A stretch of DNA of 64,000 nt, taken from assembly GCF_054482525.1 (NCBI RefSeq), contig NZ_CM137006.1, one strand, 5' to 3'. The position numbers and the translations under genes were made by a program. Shown in pieces: positions 37,586 through 57,195 of this stretch. Below the pieces are notes generated by a model that saw nothing but the letters and a program-made list of their open reading frames with translations, did not search any database and was not told the origin of the DNA. Positions within the stretch are counted from its first letter, which is position 1; every line of letters starts with the position of its first letter.

Positions 37586-39091
37586 TCACGACGCCAGCGA
37601 CAACTTCTGCTGCGTATACTCCACCAGCCACTGACTCACACGAGATTGTTGATCCGCATTCAGCCACATGCCTTGTTTTGTGCGACGCCACAGGGCATCG
37701 TCGGCGCGGCGGACCCATTCGTGATCCACCAGGTATTTCAGTTCCGCTTCGTAGAACTCATGACCGAAATCCTCCCCGAGGTCGCTTACCGTCCCCGCAT
37801 TGCCGAGCAGCAGCTCGCTGTTGCTGCCGTAAGTGCGTGCGTAATGACGCGCCAGCGATTCAGTCAGGAATGGATAGCGACGGCGCAGACGAGCTGCGTA
37901 ATCGTCGCGGTCGCCTTCAATGGCACCACCCGGCAGTACGCTCTCTTTCGTCCATGCCGGGCCAATGCCCTGATAATACGGCGTCAGTTTTTCCAGCGCA
38001 TGTTCCGCCAGTTTGCGGTAGGTGGTCAACTTACCGCCGAATACCGACAGCAGCGGTGCTTTGCCGTTTTCATCATGGATATCAAGGGTGTAATCACGGG
38101 TAATAGCCTGCGGCGAGTCGGACTCATCATCACACAGCGGACGCACACCGGAGTAGGTCCAGACGATATCATCACGGCTTAGCTGCTTTTTAAAGTGCGT
38201 GTTATACACTTTCAGCAGGTAATTGATTTCACTCTCTTCAATCTTCACTGCTTTTGGATCACCTTTGTATTCCACATCGGTGGTGCCGATGATGGAAAAC
38301 TCGTCCATCCACGGGATCACGAAGACAATACGTTTATCTTCGTTTTGCAGAATGTAGGCCTGCTTTTGTGTATGCACACGCGGCACCACAATATGGCTGC
38401 CTTTGATCAGGCGAATGCCATAAGGTGAGGGTAGATGCATCCCGTCGTCGAAGAACTGCTTCACCCACGGGCCGGTGGCGTTCACGAGGCCGCGCGCTTG
38501 CCAGCTATATTTTTTGCCGGTATCGATATCTTCCGCTTCCACAATCCACAGGCCGTTTTCGCGGCGAGCAGAAGTGGCACGAGTACGGGTAAGCACTTCA
38601 CCGCCTTTACGCACCACCATCTGGGCGTTGGCGAGTACCAGACGGGCGTCGTCTACCCAACAGTCGGAATATTCGAATCCGCGCTTAATTTCCGGTTTTA
38701 ACACTGAATTTGCGCCAAAACGCAAACCGGTTGATCCCGGTAGGCTGGTGCGTTTACCCAGATGATCGTACATAAACAGACCAATCCGAATCATCCACGC
38801 CGGGCGCAGATGCGGACGATGCGGCAGGCGAAAACGCATCGGGAAGGCGATATGCGGGGCCATTTTCAGTAGCACTTCACGTTCAGCCAGCGCCTCGCTG
38901 ACCAGGCGGAATTCATAGTGCTCAAGGTAGCGCAGGCCACCGTGAATGAGTTTTGAACTGGCGGAAGAGGTCGCGCAAGCGAGATCCTGCGCCTCCAGCA
39001 TCAGCACGGATAAACCGCGTCCAGCGGCGTCTGCCGCGATACCAGCACCATTGATGCCGCCACCTATCACAATCAGATCTTTGGTTTCCAT
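37586..39091 (-). CDS. glpD: aerobic glycerol-3-phosphate dehydrogenase GlpD
   Basis: Track ORF trimmed to METKDLIVIGGGINGAGIAADAAGRG (501 aa), FAD-binding GxGxxG. Confidence 0.94.
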   Translation of the reverse strand: METKDLIVIGGGINGAGIAADAAGRGLSVLMLEAQDLACATSSASSKLIHGGLRYLEHYEFRLVSEALAEREVLLKMAPHIAFPMRFRLPHRPHLRPAWMIRIGLFMYDHLGKRTSLPGSTGLRFGANSVLKPEIKRGFEYSDCWVDDARLVLANAQMVVRKGGEVLTRTRATSARRENGLWIVEAEDIDTGKKYSWQARGLVNATGPWVKQFFDDGMHLPSPYGIRLIKGSHIVVPRVHTQKQAYILQNEDKRIVFVIPWMDEFSIIGTTDVEYKGDPKAVKIEESEINYLLKVYNTHFKKQLSRDDIVWTYSGVRPLCDDESDSPQAITRDYTLDIHDENGKAPLLSVFGGKLTTYRKLAEHALEKLTPYYQGIGPAWTKESVLPGGAIEGDRDDYAARLRRRYPFLTESLARHYARTYGSNSELLLGNAGTVSDLGEDFGHEFYEAELKYLVDHEWVRRADDALWRRTKQGMWLNADQQSRVSQWLVEYTQQKLSLAS

Positions 39092-39124
39092 GCTGCCCTC
39101 ATTCACTTTCGTTAAAGCTCACAA

Positions 39125-39142
39125 ATGTTCGTTATCGAACAT
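39125..39142. promoter_or_regulatory. GlpR operator-like palindrome in the glpD/glpE divergent control region
   Basis: atgttcgttatcgaacat near-perfect palindrome. Confidence 0.55.
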
Positions 39143-39202
39143 ATTAGCAAAGAATCGCGCTTTAGGTAACATTGAAAAAACATTTTAGAGTGATATGTAT
39201 AA

Positions 39203-39607
<405 letters not shown>

Positions 39608-39639
39608 CGCTTTATACTGTCCCCTTTTGTGTGGAATAA

Positions 39640-40482
<843 letters not shown>

Positions 40483-40498
40483 TTCCAGGGATTTATAA

Positions 40499-41257
40499 AT
40501 GAAACAAACACAACGTCACAACGGTATTATCGAACTGGTTAAACAGCAGGGTTATGTCAGTACCGAGGAACTGGTGGAGCACTTCTCCGTCAGCCCGCAG
40601 ACTATTCGTCGCGACCTCAACGAGCTGGCAGAGCAAAACCTGATCCTGCGGCATCATGGCGGTGCGGCGCTGCCTTCCAGTTCGGTTAACACGCCTTGGC
40701 ACGATCGTAAAGCCACCCAGACCGAAGAAAAAGAGCGGATTGCCCGCAAAGTGGCGGAGCAAATCCCCAATGGCTCAACGCTGTTTATCGATATTGGCAC
40801 CACGCCGGAAGCGGTGGCGCACGCGCTGCTCAATCACAGCAATTTGCGCATTGTGACTAACAATCTCAACGTCGCTAACACGCTGATGGTAAAAGAGGAT
40901 TTCCGTATTATTCTCGCCGGTGGCGAATTACGCAGCCGCGATGGCGGGATCATTGGCGAAGCGACACTCGATTTTATCTCCCAGTTCCGCCTTGATTTCG
41001 GCATTCTGGGGATCAGCGGCATCGATAGCGACGGCTCGTTGCTGGAATTCGATTACCACGAAGTTCGCACCAAACGCGCTATTATTGAAAACTCGCGCCA
41101 CGTTATGCTGGTTGTCGATCACTCGAAATTTGGCCGTAACGCGATGGTCAATATGGGGAGCATCAGCATGGTTGATGCTGTCTACACCGACGCCCCGCCG
41201 CCAGTAAGCGTCATGCAGGTGCTGACGGACCATCATATTCAACTGGAGCTGTGCTGA
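40499..41257 (+). CDS. glpR: glycerol-3-phosphate regulon repressor GlpR (DeoR family)
   Basis: 252-aa ORF MKQTQRHNGIIELVKQQGYVSTEELVEHFSVSPQTIRRDL. Confidence 0.94.
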   Translation: MKQTQRHNGIIELVKQQGYVSTEELVEHFSVSPQTIRRDLNELAEQNLILRHHGGAALPSSSVNTPWHDRKATQTEEKERIARKVAEQIPNGSTLFIDIGTTPEAVAHALLNHSNLRIVTNNLNVANTLMVKEDFRIILAGGELRSRDGGIIGEATLDFISQFRLDFGILGISGIDSDGSLLEFDYHEVRTKRAIIENSRHVMLVVDHSKFGRNAMVNMGSISMVDAVYTDAPPPVSVMQVLTDHHIQLELC

Positions 41258-42837
41258 TCCTGCACGGCTTCCCACGTCAGACCAAAACGCGCCAGGTATT
41301 TGCGTAGCCGATCTGCGTCGTTGACGCTGGCTTTGCCCTGGCGCGAAACATCAAAAAGCTGGCGACCGGCAGCAGAAAGCGATTTTGCCTGGCGGCAGAT
41401 GGCTATTACGTGTTCCAGTTGCAGCCGATCAAAGAGGTCGATGTTTTCTGCCTCAGCGCCCAGCAGTTGCGTAATCGCGGAGGGGCGACTCTCCTGCCAG
41501 TTATAGCGCAGACGGTTTATCTCATCTTCTACGGTTTCCAGAGTAATGCACCCGCTATCGGCAAAGGTTGCCATCCGCGTGACGCTGGCAGAAAGTTCTC
41601 GAAAGTTACCGCGCCATGTTGCCTGGGGAGATGTCGCAAAAGCCAGCCAGGCGCGCCGTGCTTCGGTGTTAAAACGCACGCTGTCGCCGGTGAGTGAGGC
41701 GTGGCGCTCCACTTCATAATCCAGGTTAGGTTCAATATCTTCCTGGCGCTGGCGCAGTCCCGGCAGGGTGAAGGTCCAGAGATTGATCCGCGCGTACAGA
41801 TCTTCGCGAAATTTGCCTTCAGCAACCAGCTGGCGCAAATCGCGCACCGTTCCGGCGATCAGCTGAAAATCACTGCTCACCTGGCGATCGCTGCCAAATG
41901 GGTAAAAGGTTTTCTCTTCAATGGCTTTCAGCAACATCGCCTGTTCGTCTGCGCCCAGTTCGCCAATCTCATCAAGAAACAACATGCCACCGTTGGCGCT
42001 GCGTAATAATCCTTCACGAGATTCCCGCGCCCCGGTAAACGCGCCTTTCACATGACCAAACAGCGTCGACATGGCGGTATCGCCGCGCAGGGTGGCGCAG
42101 TTCACTTCCACAAACGCGCCGCTAAACTGATGCCGCGCCTGTTTTAATTCGAAGATGCGTCGTGCCAGAAACGACTTGCCCGCACCGGTCGGGCCGTTAA
42201 GCAGGATCGGTGCGCGGGATTTGATCGCCACTTTTTCGATCTGCTCAATCATGCGGTTGAAGTGGGGGTTGCGTGTGGCAATGCCGGATTTGAGGAAGTC
42301 GAGGGTTTGCTGGCGTTCCTCGGCAAAGCGGCTGGCGATGGCGTTATAACGGCTTAAATCGAGATCGATAATCGTCACTTCACCTGCGCCGCGCGGTTGT
42401 TCTTTTTTGCGCGGTGGTGAAGATTGTATCAACCGGGCGGGTAGATAACGCGCTTCTGCCAGCAGAAACCAGCAAATCTGCGCGACGTGGGTACCGGTGG
42501 TGATGTGAATTAAATAGTCTTCTTTTTCTGGCTGGAACGCGTAACCACGGGCGAAATCATGCAGGCAGGCGTAAACCTCTTCGAAATCCCACGGGTTATG
42601 CAGTTCTATCTCAACGCCCACCACTTCTGTTTCTGGCGAAACGCTGGCGATATCGCGTTTAAGCGTTTCGAATAGCGAGCGCGAGCGGGCGTCATGCAAC
42701 AATTCCAGCCGATCGATAACTAACGATTCTTGCTGGCATAGACAGAGTGTCGGACGCCATTTTGACCAGCGCTGACTGCCGCGCCCGGCATAATCCAGCA
42801 CCGTTCCGACAAAACCAAAAGCCACTGTTTTACGCAT
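41239..42837 (-). CDS. rtcR: sigma54-dependent transcriptional activator RtcR
   Basis: 532 aa; AAA+ core GPTGAGKSFLARRI and GAFTGA motif; convergent overlap with glpR. Confidence 0.94.
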   Translation of the reverse strand: MRKTVAFGFVGTVLDYAGRGSQRWSKWRPTLCLCQQESLVIDRLELLHDARSRSLFETLKRDIASVSPETEVVGVEIELHNPWDFEEVYACLHDFARGYAFQPEKEDYLIHITTGTHVAQICWFLLAEARYLPARLIQSSPPRKKEQPRGAGEVTIIDLDLSRYNAIASRFAEERQQTLDFLKSGIATRNPHFNRMIEQIEKVAIKSRAPILLNGPTGAGKSFLARRIFELKQARHQFSGAFVEVNCATLRGDTAMSTLFGHVKGAFTGARESREGLLRSANGGMLFLDEIGELGADEQAMLLKAIEEKTFYPFGSDRQVSSDFQLIAGTVRDLRQLVAEGKFREDLYARINLWTFTLPGLRQRQEDIEPNLDYEVERHASLTGDSVRFNTEARRAWLAFATSPQATWRGNFRELSASVTRMATFADSGCITLETVEDEINRLRYNWQESRPSAITQLLGAEAENIDLFDRLQLEHVIAICRQAKSLSAAGRQLFDVSRQGKASVNDADRLRKYLARFGLTWEAVQDQHSSS

Positions 42838-42970
42838 CTTAGATATCCTTATAAAAGACGATATTTCATTATCGGTAAATTGGCTTTGCGGGAAATCTCC
42901 GTTTACGGACGTAAAGATTTAATCTGTTAAAAACAATGAATTAAAAAATTAAGCTGCTTAATTAATTTTC

Positions 42971-42986
42971 TGGAACGACGGTTGCA
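42971..42986 (+). promoter_or_regulatory. sigma54 (-24/-12) promoter for rtcBA
   Basis: TGGAACGACGGTTGCA: GG and GC elements separated by 10 nt, about 40 nt upstream of rtcB. Confidence 0.75.
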
Positions 42987-43024
42987 ATTATCAGGACAGC
43001 AAACAACGAAAAGAGAAAAACAAA

Positions 43025-44251
43025 ATGAATTACGAATTACTGACCACTGAAAATGCCCCGGTAAAAATGTGGACCAAAGGCGTACCGGTAGAGGCCGATG
43101 CACGTCAGCAACTTATTAATACGGCGAAGATGCCGTTTATTTTCAAACATATTGCGGTAATGCCTGATGTACACCTGGGTAAAGGTTCCACCATTGGTAG
43201 CGTGATCCCGACCAAAGGGGCGATTATTCCGGCGGCGGTGGGCGTGGATATCGGTTGTGGAATGAACGCGCTGCGTACCGCGTTAACGGCGGCAGACCTG
43301 CCTGAAAACCTGGCGGAACTGCGTCAGGCGATTGAAACAGCCGTGCCGCACGGGCGTACTACCGGACGTTGTAAACGTGATAAAGGCGCATGGGAAAATC
43401 CGCCTGTTAACGTCGATGCGAAATGGGCTGAGCTGGAAGCCGGTTATCAGTGGTTAACGCAAAAATATCCCCGTTTCCTTAACACTAACAACTATAAACA
43501 CCTGGGAACGCTGGGAACGGGTAACCACTTTATTGAAATCTGCCTTGATGAATCGGACCAGGTGTGGATTATGCTGCACTCCGGTTCACGCGGAATCGGT
43601 AATGCCATCGGAACTTACTTTATCGATCTGGCGCAAAAAGAGATGCAGGAAACGCTTGAAACATTGCCGTCGCGTGATCTGGCGTACTTTATGGAAGGTA
43701 CGGAATACTTTGATGATTACCTGAAAGCCGTGGCCTGGGCGCAGCTTTTTGCCAGCCTTAACCGCGATGCGATGATGGAAAACGTGGTAACGGCGTTGCA
43801 GAGCATTACGCAGAAAACGGTCAGACAGCCACAAACGCTGGCGATGGAAGAGATCAACTGTCACCACAACTATGTGCAAAAAGAACAGCACTTTGGTGAA
43901 GAGATCTACGTGACGCGTAAAGGCGCGGTGTCTGCGCGTGCTGGTCAATATGGAATTATTCCCGGTTCGATGGGGGCGAAGAGCTTTATCGTCCGTGGGC
44001 TGGGAAATGAAGAGTCGTTCTGTTCGTGCAGCCACGGTGCCGGGCGGGTTATGAGCCGTACCAAAGCGAAAAAACTGTTCAGCGTGGAAGATCAAATTCG
44101 TGCCACCGCGCATGTGGAATGCCGTAAAGATGCCGAAGTGATCGACGAAATCCCGATGGCGTATAAAGATATTGATGCGGTGATGGCGGCACAAAGCGAT
44201 CTGGTGGAAGTTATCTACACCCTGCGTCAGGTGGTGTGCGTAAAAGGATAA
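43025..44251 (+). CDS. rtcB: RNA-splicing ligase RtcB
   Basis: 408-aa ORF MNYELLTTENAPVKMWTKGVPVEADARQQLINTAKMPFIFKHIAVMPDVHLGKGSTIG. Confidence 0.95.
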   Translation: MNYELLTTENAPVKMWTKGVPVEADARQQLINTAKMPFIFKHIAVMPDVHLGKGSTIGSVIPTKGAIIPAAVGVDIGCGMNALRTALTAADLPENLAELRQAIETAVPHGRTTGRCKRDKGAWENPPVNVDAKWAELEAGYQWLTQKYPRFLNTNNYKHLGTLGTGNHFIEICLDESDQVWIMLHSGSRGIGNAIGTYFIDLAQKEMQETLETLPSRDLAYFMEGTEYFDDYLKAVAWAQLFASLNRDAMMENVVTALQSITQKTVRQPQTLAMEEINCHHNYVQKEQHFGEEIYVTRKGAVSARAGQYGIIPGSMGAKSFIVRGLGNEESFCSCSHGAGRVMSRTKAKKLFSVEDQIRATAHVECRKDAEVIDEIPMAYKDIDAVMAAQSDLVEVIYTLRQVVCVKG

Positions 44252-45271
<1,020 letters not shown>

Positions 45272-45283
45272 TATAAAGATGTA

Positions 45284-45309
45284 AGCCGGATCCAATGCAT
45301 TATCCGGCT
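45284..45309. terminator. hairpin between convergent rtcA and malT
   Basis: agccggat ... atccggct stem. Confidence 0.4.
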
Positions 45310-45313
45310 AAAC

Positions 45314-48025
<2,712 letters not shown>

Positions 48026-48539
48026 TCACTTCACTGTGGAAAATGAGGAAATATTATTTTTTTTGCGCTTCGTAATTAATGGTTATAAGGTCGGCCAGAA
48101 ACCTTTCTAATGCAAGCGATGACGTTTTTTTATGTGTCTGAATTTGCACTCTGTCACAATTCCAAATCTTTATTAATGACTCACCTAAAACGACGCTGAT
48201 ACAGCGTGAATGCTGGGTTGTACGGTATTTCCCTTATGTTCATCAGATTCATTTAAGCAAGGGTTTCTTCTTCATTCCTGATGAAAGTGCTATCTAAAAA
48301 GATGATCTTAATAAATCTATTAAGAATGAGATGGAGCACACTGGATATTTTACTTATGAAACTGTTTCACTCCTTTACTTAATTTATAGAGTTACCTTCC
48401 GCTTTTTGAAAATACGCAACGGCCATTTTTTGCACTTAGATACAGATTTTCTGCGCTGTATGGCATTGATTTGCTGCTAATCCTGTGGTTTGCACTAGCT
48501 TTAAGTGGTCGAGATCACATTTCCTTGCTCATCCCCGCA

Positions 48540-48590
48540 ACTCCTCCCTGCCTAATCCCCCGCAGGATGAGGAAGGTCAACATCGAGCCT
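48540..48590 (+). promoter_or_regulatory. malPQ promoter region with MalT-box-like GGAGGA/GGATGA motifs
   Basis: tcctcc ... ggatgagg motifs about 60-100 nt upstream of malP. Confidence 0.4.
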
Positions 48591-48617
48591 GGCAAACTAG
48601 CGATAACGTTGTGTTGA

Positions 48618-51035
<2,418 letters not shown>

Positions 51036-51044
51036 GGAAGCTCG

Positions 51045-53126
51045 ATGGAAAGCAAACGTCTGGATAATGCCGCGCTGGCGGCGGGGATTAGCCCCAATTA
51101 CATCAATGCCCACGGTAAACCGCAGTCGATTAGCGCCGAAACCAAACGGCGTTTGCTTGACGCGATGCATCAACGTACCGCCACGAAAGTGGCGGTAACG
51201 CCAGTCCCGAATGTCATGGTTTATACCAGCGGCAAAAAAATGCCGATGGTGGTGGAGGGCAGCGGCGAATATAGCTGGCTGCTGACCACCGAAGAAGGAA
51301 CGCAGTACAAAGGCCATGTAACGGGGGGCAAAGCGTTCAATCTACCGACGAAGCTGCCGGAAGGTTATCACACGCTGACACTCACCCAGGACGACCAGCG
51401 CGCGCATTGCCGGGTGATTGTCGCCCCGAAACGCTGTTACGAACCGCAGGCGTTGCTGAACAAACAAAAGCTGTGGGGTGCCTGCGTTCAGCTTTATACG
51501 CTGCGATCGGAAAAAAACTGGGGTATTGGGGATTTTGGCGATCTCAAAGCGATGCTGGTGGATGTGGCAAAACGTGGCGGGTCGTTCATCGGTCTGAACC
51601 CGATTCATGCGCTCTATCCGGCAAATCCGGAAAGTGCCAGCCCGTATAGCCCGTCTTCTCGCCGTTGGCTGAATGTGATTTATATCGACGTTAACGCCGT
51701 TGAAGATTTCCATCTTAGCGAAGAGGCTCAGGCCTGGTGGAAGTTGCCGACCACGCAACAGACGCTGCAACAGGCGCGGGATGCCGACTGGGTCGATTAC
51801 TCCACGGTTACCGCCCTAAAAATGACAGCATTACGAATGGCGTGGAAAGGTTTCGCGCAACGTGATGATGAACAGATGGCCGCGTTTCGCCAGTTTGTTG
51901 CAGAGCAAGGCGACAGCCTGTTCTGGCAGGCGGCGTTTGACGCACTACATGCCCAGCAAGTGAAAGAGGACGAAATGCGCTGGGGCTGGCCTGCATGGCC
52001 AGAGATGTATCAGAACGTGGATTCACCAGAAGTGCGCCAGTTCTGCGAAGAACATCGTGATGACGTCGATTTTTATCTCTGGTTGCAGTGGCTGGCTTAC
52101 AGCCAGTTTGCCGCCTGCTGGGAGATAAGCCAGGGCTATGAAATGCCGATTGGCTTGTATCGTGACCTGGCCGTTGGTGTAGCAGAGGGTGGAGCAGAAA
52201 CCTGGTGCGACCGGGAGTTGTATTGTCTGAAAGCGTCGGTTGGCGCACCGCCGGATATCCTCGGCCCGTTGGGGCAGAACTGGGGATTGCCGCCAATGGA
52301 CCCGCATATCATCACCGCGCGTGCCTATGAACCGTTTATCGAGCTGTTGCGCGCCAATATGCAAAACTGCGGCGCATTACGAATTGACCATGTGATGTCG
52401 ATGCTGCGTTTGTGGTGGATACCGTATGGCGAGACGGCGGATCAGGGCGCGTATGTACACTATCCGGTGGATGATCTGCTCTCGATTCTGGCACTCGAAA
52501 GTAAACGTCATCGCTGCATGGTGATTGGTGAAGATCTCGGCACGGTACCGGTAGAGATTGTCGGTAAGCTGCGCAGCAGTGGTGTGTACTCCTACAAAGT
52601 GCTCTATTTCGAAAACGACCACGAGAAGACGTTCCGTGCACCGAAAGCGTATCCGGAGCAGTCGATGGCGGTTGCGGCGACACACGACCTGCCAACGCTG
52701 CGTGGTTACTGGGAGAGCGGGGATCTAACGCTGGGTAAAACCCTGGGGTTGTATCCGGATGAAGTGGTACTGCGCGGTCTGTATCAGGATCGCGAACTGG
52801 CGAAGCAAGGACTACTGGATGCACTGCATAAATATGGTTGTCTGCCAAAACGTGCCGGGCATAAGGCATCGTTGATGTCGATGACGCCGACGCTTAATCG
52901 TGGTTTGCAGCGCTACATTGCCGACAGTAACAGTGCTCTGTTAGGACTACAGCCGGAAGACTGGCTGGATATGGCGGAACCGGTGAATATTCCTGGCACC
53001 AGTTACCAGTATAAAAACTGGCGACGCAAGCTTTCCGCAACGCTTGAGTCGATGTTTGCCGATGATGGCGTGAACAAGTTGCTGAAGGATTTGGACAGAC
53101 GGCGCAGAGCGGCAGCGAAGAAGTAG
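51045..53126 (+). CDS. malQ: 4-alpha-glucanotransferase (amylomaltase) MalQ
   Basis: 693-aa ORF MESKRLDNAALAAGISPNYINAHGKPQS. Confidence 0.95.
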   Translation: MESKRLDNAALAAGISPNYINAHGKPQSISAETKRRLLDAMHQRTATKVAVTPVPNVMVYTSGKKMPMVVEGSGEYSWLLTTEEGTQYKGHVTGGKAFNLPTKLPEGYHTLTLTQDDQRAHCRVIVAPKRCYEPQALLNKQKLWGACVQLYTLRSEKNWGIGDFGDLKAMLVDVAKRGGSFIGLNPIHALYPANPESASPYSPSSRRWLNVIYIDVNAVEDFHLSEEAQAWWKLPTTQQTLQQARDADWVDYSTVTALKMTALRMAWKGFAQRDDEQMAAFRQFVAEQGDSLFWQAAFDALHAQQVKEDEMRWGWPAWPEMYQNVDSPEVRQFCEEHRDDVDFYLWLQWLAYSQFAACWEISQGYEMPIGLYRDLAVGVAEGGAETWCDRELYCLKASVGAPPDILGPLGQNWGLPPMDPHIITARAYEPFIELLRANMQNCGALRIDHVMSMLRLWWIPYGETADQGAYVHYPVDDLLSILALESKRHRCMVIGEDLGTVPVEIVGKLRSSGVYSYKVLYFENDHEKTFRAPKAYPEQSMAVAATHDLPTLRGYWESGDLTLGKTLGLYPDEVVLRGLYQDRELAKQGLLDALHKYGCLPKRAGHKASLMSMTPTLNRGLQRYIADSNSALLGLQPEDWLDMAEPVNIPGTSYQYKNWRRKLSATLESMFADDGVNKLLKDLDRRRRAAAKK

Positions 53127-53141
53127 TAGGGTGCGGTTGAT

Positions 53142-53162
53142 GCCGGATGCGATGCATCCGGC
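53142..53162. repeat. REP-like perfect palindrome between convergent malQ and gntT
   Basis: gccggatgcgatgcatccggc. Confidence 0.7.
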
Positions 53163-53173
53163 AGTCAGTGTTA

Positions 53174-54490
53174 TCAAATCACCATATTCAGCAGCAGACA
53201 GCCTACCAGACCGCACACCGAGATAATGGTTTCCAGCATCGACCAGGATTTGATGGTCTCGCCGATAGTCAGGTTAAAGTACTCTTTGAACAGCCAGAAG
53301 CCCGGATCGTTCACATGAGAGAAAATCACACTACCGGAACCAACCGCAATAACCATCAGCTCCGGGCTAACACCCGTCGTTGCAATCAGCGGTGCCGCGA
53401 TACCACCCGCAGTGATTGCCGCAACGGTTGCGGAACCCAGCGCGATACGCAGTACGGCAGCAATCGACCAGGCCATCAGCAGCGGAGAAATGTTGGTTTC
53501 GTGCATCATGGAAGCAATGTATTTGTCCACGCCGCTGTCTACCAGCACCTGCTTGAACGCACCGCCACCACCGATAATCAACAGCATCATCGCAATGATT
53601 TTGATGGAAGAAACCAGCGTGTCGTTAATCTGATCCATTGAACGACCACGGTTTAGACCAAAGGTGAACATCGCAATCAGCACGGCAATCAGCGTTGCCA
53701 TTACCGGGTCACCGAGGAACTCCGCTACCGGCAGGAAAGCGTGACCTTTCGGCAGGATCATTTCGGCAATCGCACGCATCGCCATCAGTACAACCGGCAC
53801 CAGAGAGGTCCAGACGCTGACGCCAAAGCTCGGCATCTCTTCTTCGCTGAAGGTTTTCGCGCTGTAGAGACCTTCCGGAATTGGCTTATCGATACCTTTC
53901 AACACGCGAGCGTAAACCGGACCGGCGAGAATCACGGTCGGGATTGCCAGAATAGTACCGTACAGCAGGGTTTTACCCATATCGGCATTGAAAATGGTGG
54001 CAATCGCAGTCGGACCCGGATGCGGTGGCAGGAAGCCGTGGGTTACAGACAGTGCAGCCGCCATTGGTACACCAACATACAGCAGTGGAATATTCGCGGA
54101 AGCCGCGATGGTAAACACCAGCGGCAGCATCAGCACGAAACCCACTTCATAGAACAGGGCAAAACCAACGGTAAAACCGGTCAGTACCACCGCCCACTGG
54201 ATGTGTTTTTTACCAAATTTAGCAATCAGCGTGGTGGCGATACGTTGTGCGCCACCGCAGTCTGCCAGCATTTTGCCCAGCATTGCGCCAAAACCCATGA
54301 TCAGGGCAAGGCTACCGAGCGTTCCGCCGACACCGGCTTTGATGGAGCCAATAACTTTATCCAGCGGCATTCCTTGCATTAATCCAACAGCAAGCGCCAC
54401 GAGGACGAGAGCGATGAAGCCGTTCATTTTGAAACGGATCATCAGGAGCAACAACAAGATTACACCGATAGCAACAATGACTAATGGCAT
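53174..54490 (-). CDS. gntT: high-affinity gluconate transporter GntT
   Basis: 438-aa polytopic ORF, paralogue of gntU in the same window. Confidence 0.93.
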   Translation of the reverse strand: MPLVIVAIGVILLLLLMIRFKMNGFIALVLVALAVGLMQGMPLDKVIGSIKAGVGGTLGSLALIMGFGAMLGKMLADCGGAQRIATTLIAKFGKKHIQWAVVLTGFTVGFALFYEVGFVLMLPLVFTIAASANIPLLYVGVPMAAALSVTHGFLPPHPGPTAIATIFNADMGKTLLYGTILAIPTVILAGPVYARVLKGIDKPIPEGLYSAKTFSEEEMPSFGVSVWTSLVPVVLMAMRAIAEMILPKGHAFLPVAEFLGDPVMATLIAVLIAMFTFGLNRGRSMDQINDTLVSSIKIIAMMLLIIGGGGAFKQVLVDSGVDKYIASMMHETNISPLLMAWSIAAVLRIALGSATVAAITAGGIAAPLIATTGVSPELMVIAVGSGSVIFSHVNDPGFWLFKEYFNLTIGETIKSWSMLETIISVCGLVGCLLLNMVI

Positions 54491-54644
54491 GATTTACCTG
54501 GCCTTTCATTTGTTATGGGTAACGTCAATTTTCTGACGACAAACTCTAATTATCCCAATCGGGAACAGAGATATTGCGGCACCACGACTGATACCCACTA
54601 AAACTAATTATTGTAGTCAGATGTCAGGAGTATGTTTGGTACCC

Positions 54645-54666
54645 ATGTGAATGATACGGGTAACAT
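54645..54666. promoter_or_regulatory. GntR operator in the gntT promoter
   Basis: atgtgaatgatacgggtaacat shares the ATGTTACCCGT half-site with the gntK operator. Confidence 0.65.
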
Positions 54667-54794
54667 CTGGCGTTTGAGAATCACCAGAGCGGGGTAAATT
54701 TAAATTATGAGAGGTTGGTCATATTATCGCGGGGAAACGAAGGGAGGGATTTGCCAAAGCAATGCTGCGCCAACGTCTGGCACATGTTCAACGT

Positions 54795-54849
<55 letters not shown>

Positions 54850-54850
54850 T

Positions 54851-55426
54851 TTAGTAGTAGGAGTGCTCGCCGCGCTGGTGTTCGGTGAGATCGCGCACAC
54901 CTTTCAGCTCCGGGAATTCGTTCAGCAGCTGCTTCTCGATCCCTTCTTTCAGCGTCACATCTACCATAGAACAACCGTTACAGCCGCCGCCAAATTGCAG
55001 AATGGCGTAACCGTCTTCGGTGATTTCCATCAGCGAAACGCGACCACCGTGACCAGCAAGCTGTGGGTTGATCTGCGACTGCAGCATATACTCCACGCGC
55101 TCCATCAGCGGTGCATCGTCTGCGACTTTACGCATTTTGGCGTTAGGCGCTTTCAGCGTTAACTGGGAACCCAACTGGTCTGTAACAAAGTCGATCTCTG
55201 CATCTTCCAGGTAAGGAGCGCTTAACTCATCAACATACGCGGTCAGCAGGTCAAATTTCAGGGCAGTGTCGGTGGCTTCCACAGCGTCCGGCGGACAATA
55301 AGAAACGCCACATTCAGCGTTAGGCGTGCCAGGGTTAATCACAAATACGCGGATTTGTGTCCCTTCTTCCTGATTTGCCAGCAGTTTGGCAAAGTGCGCT
55401 TGTGCAGCATCGGAAATACGGATCAT
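54851..55426 (-). CDS. nfuA: Fe-S cluster carrier protein NfuA
   Basis: 191 aa; C-terminal CxxC ([19 protein letters not shown]). Confidence 0.94.
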
Positions 55427-55484
55427 AGTAATGGCCTAATAGTTGACTATTTTAGTTGGTTATAATACGCCCATCATCGAGGCT

Positions 55485-56976
<1,492 letters not shown>

Positions 56977-57004
56977 GCAGCTTTTGAAATGGCGAGACAG
57001 AATT

Positions 57005-57178
57005 TTACTGACTCGCCGCAGCCAACTCTTCTTCTGACACCCCGGTAAAACGCATGATGTCCGCAAGAGGGACTCCGGATTACAGCATTCTTTTGGCGAT
57101 ATCCAGGGCTTCCAGGCGTCGACCCAATAAATAACCAATCAGGTAACTAATAAGATATTCTCTTTCTGCATCTGTCAT
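57005..57178 (-). pseudogene. duplicated Rpn C-terminal tail ORF (32 codons, in-frame TAA, then 24 more codons), own SD
   Basis: MTDAEREYLISYLIGYLLGRRLEALDIAKRML-stop-SGVPLADIMRFTGVSEEELAAASQ parallels the last 54 aa of the upstream rpnA product; AAAGGA 8 nt before its ATG; TAA at 57080-57082. Confidence 0.5.
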
Positions 57179-57195
57179 TAAAACCATCCTTTACG

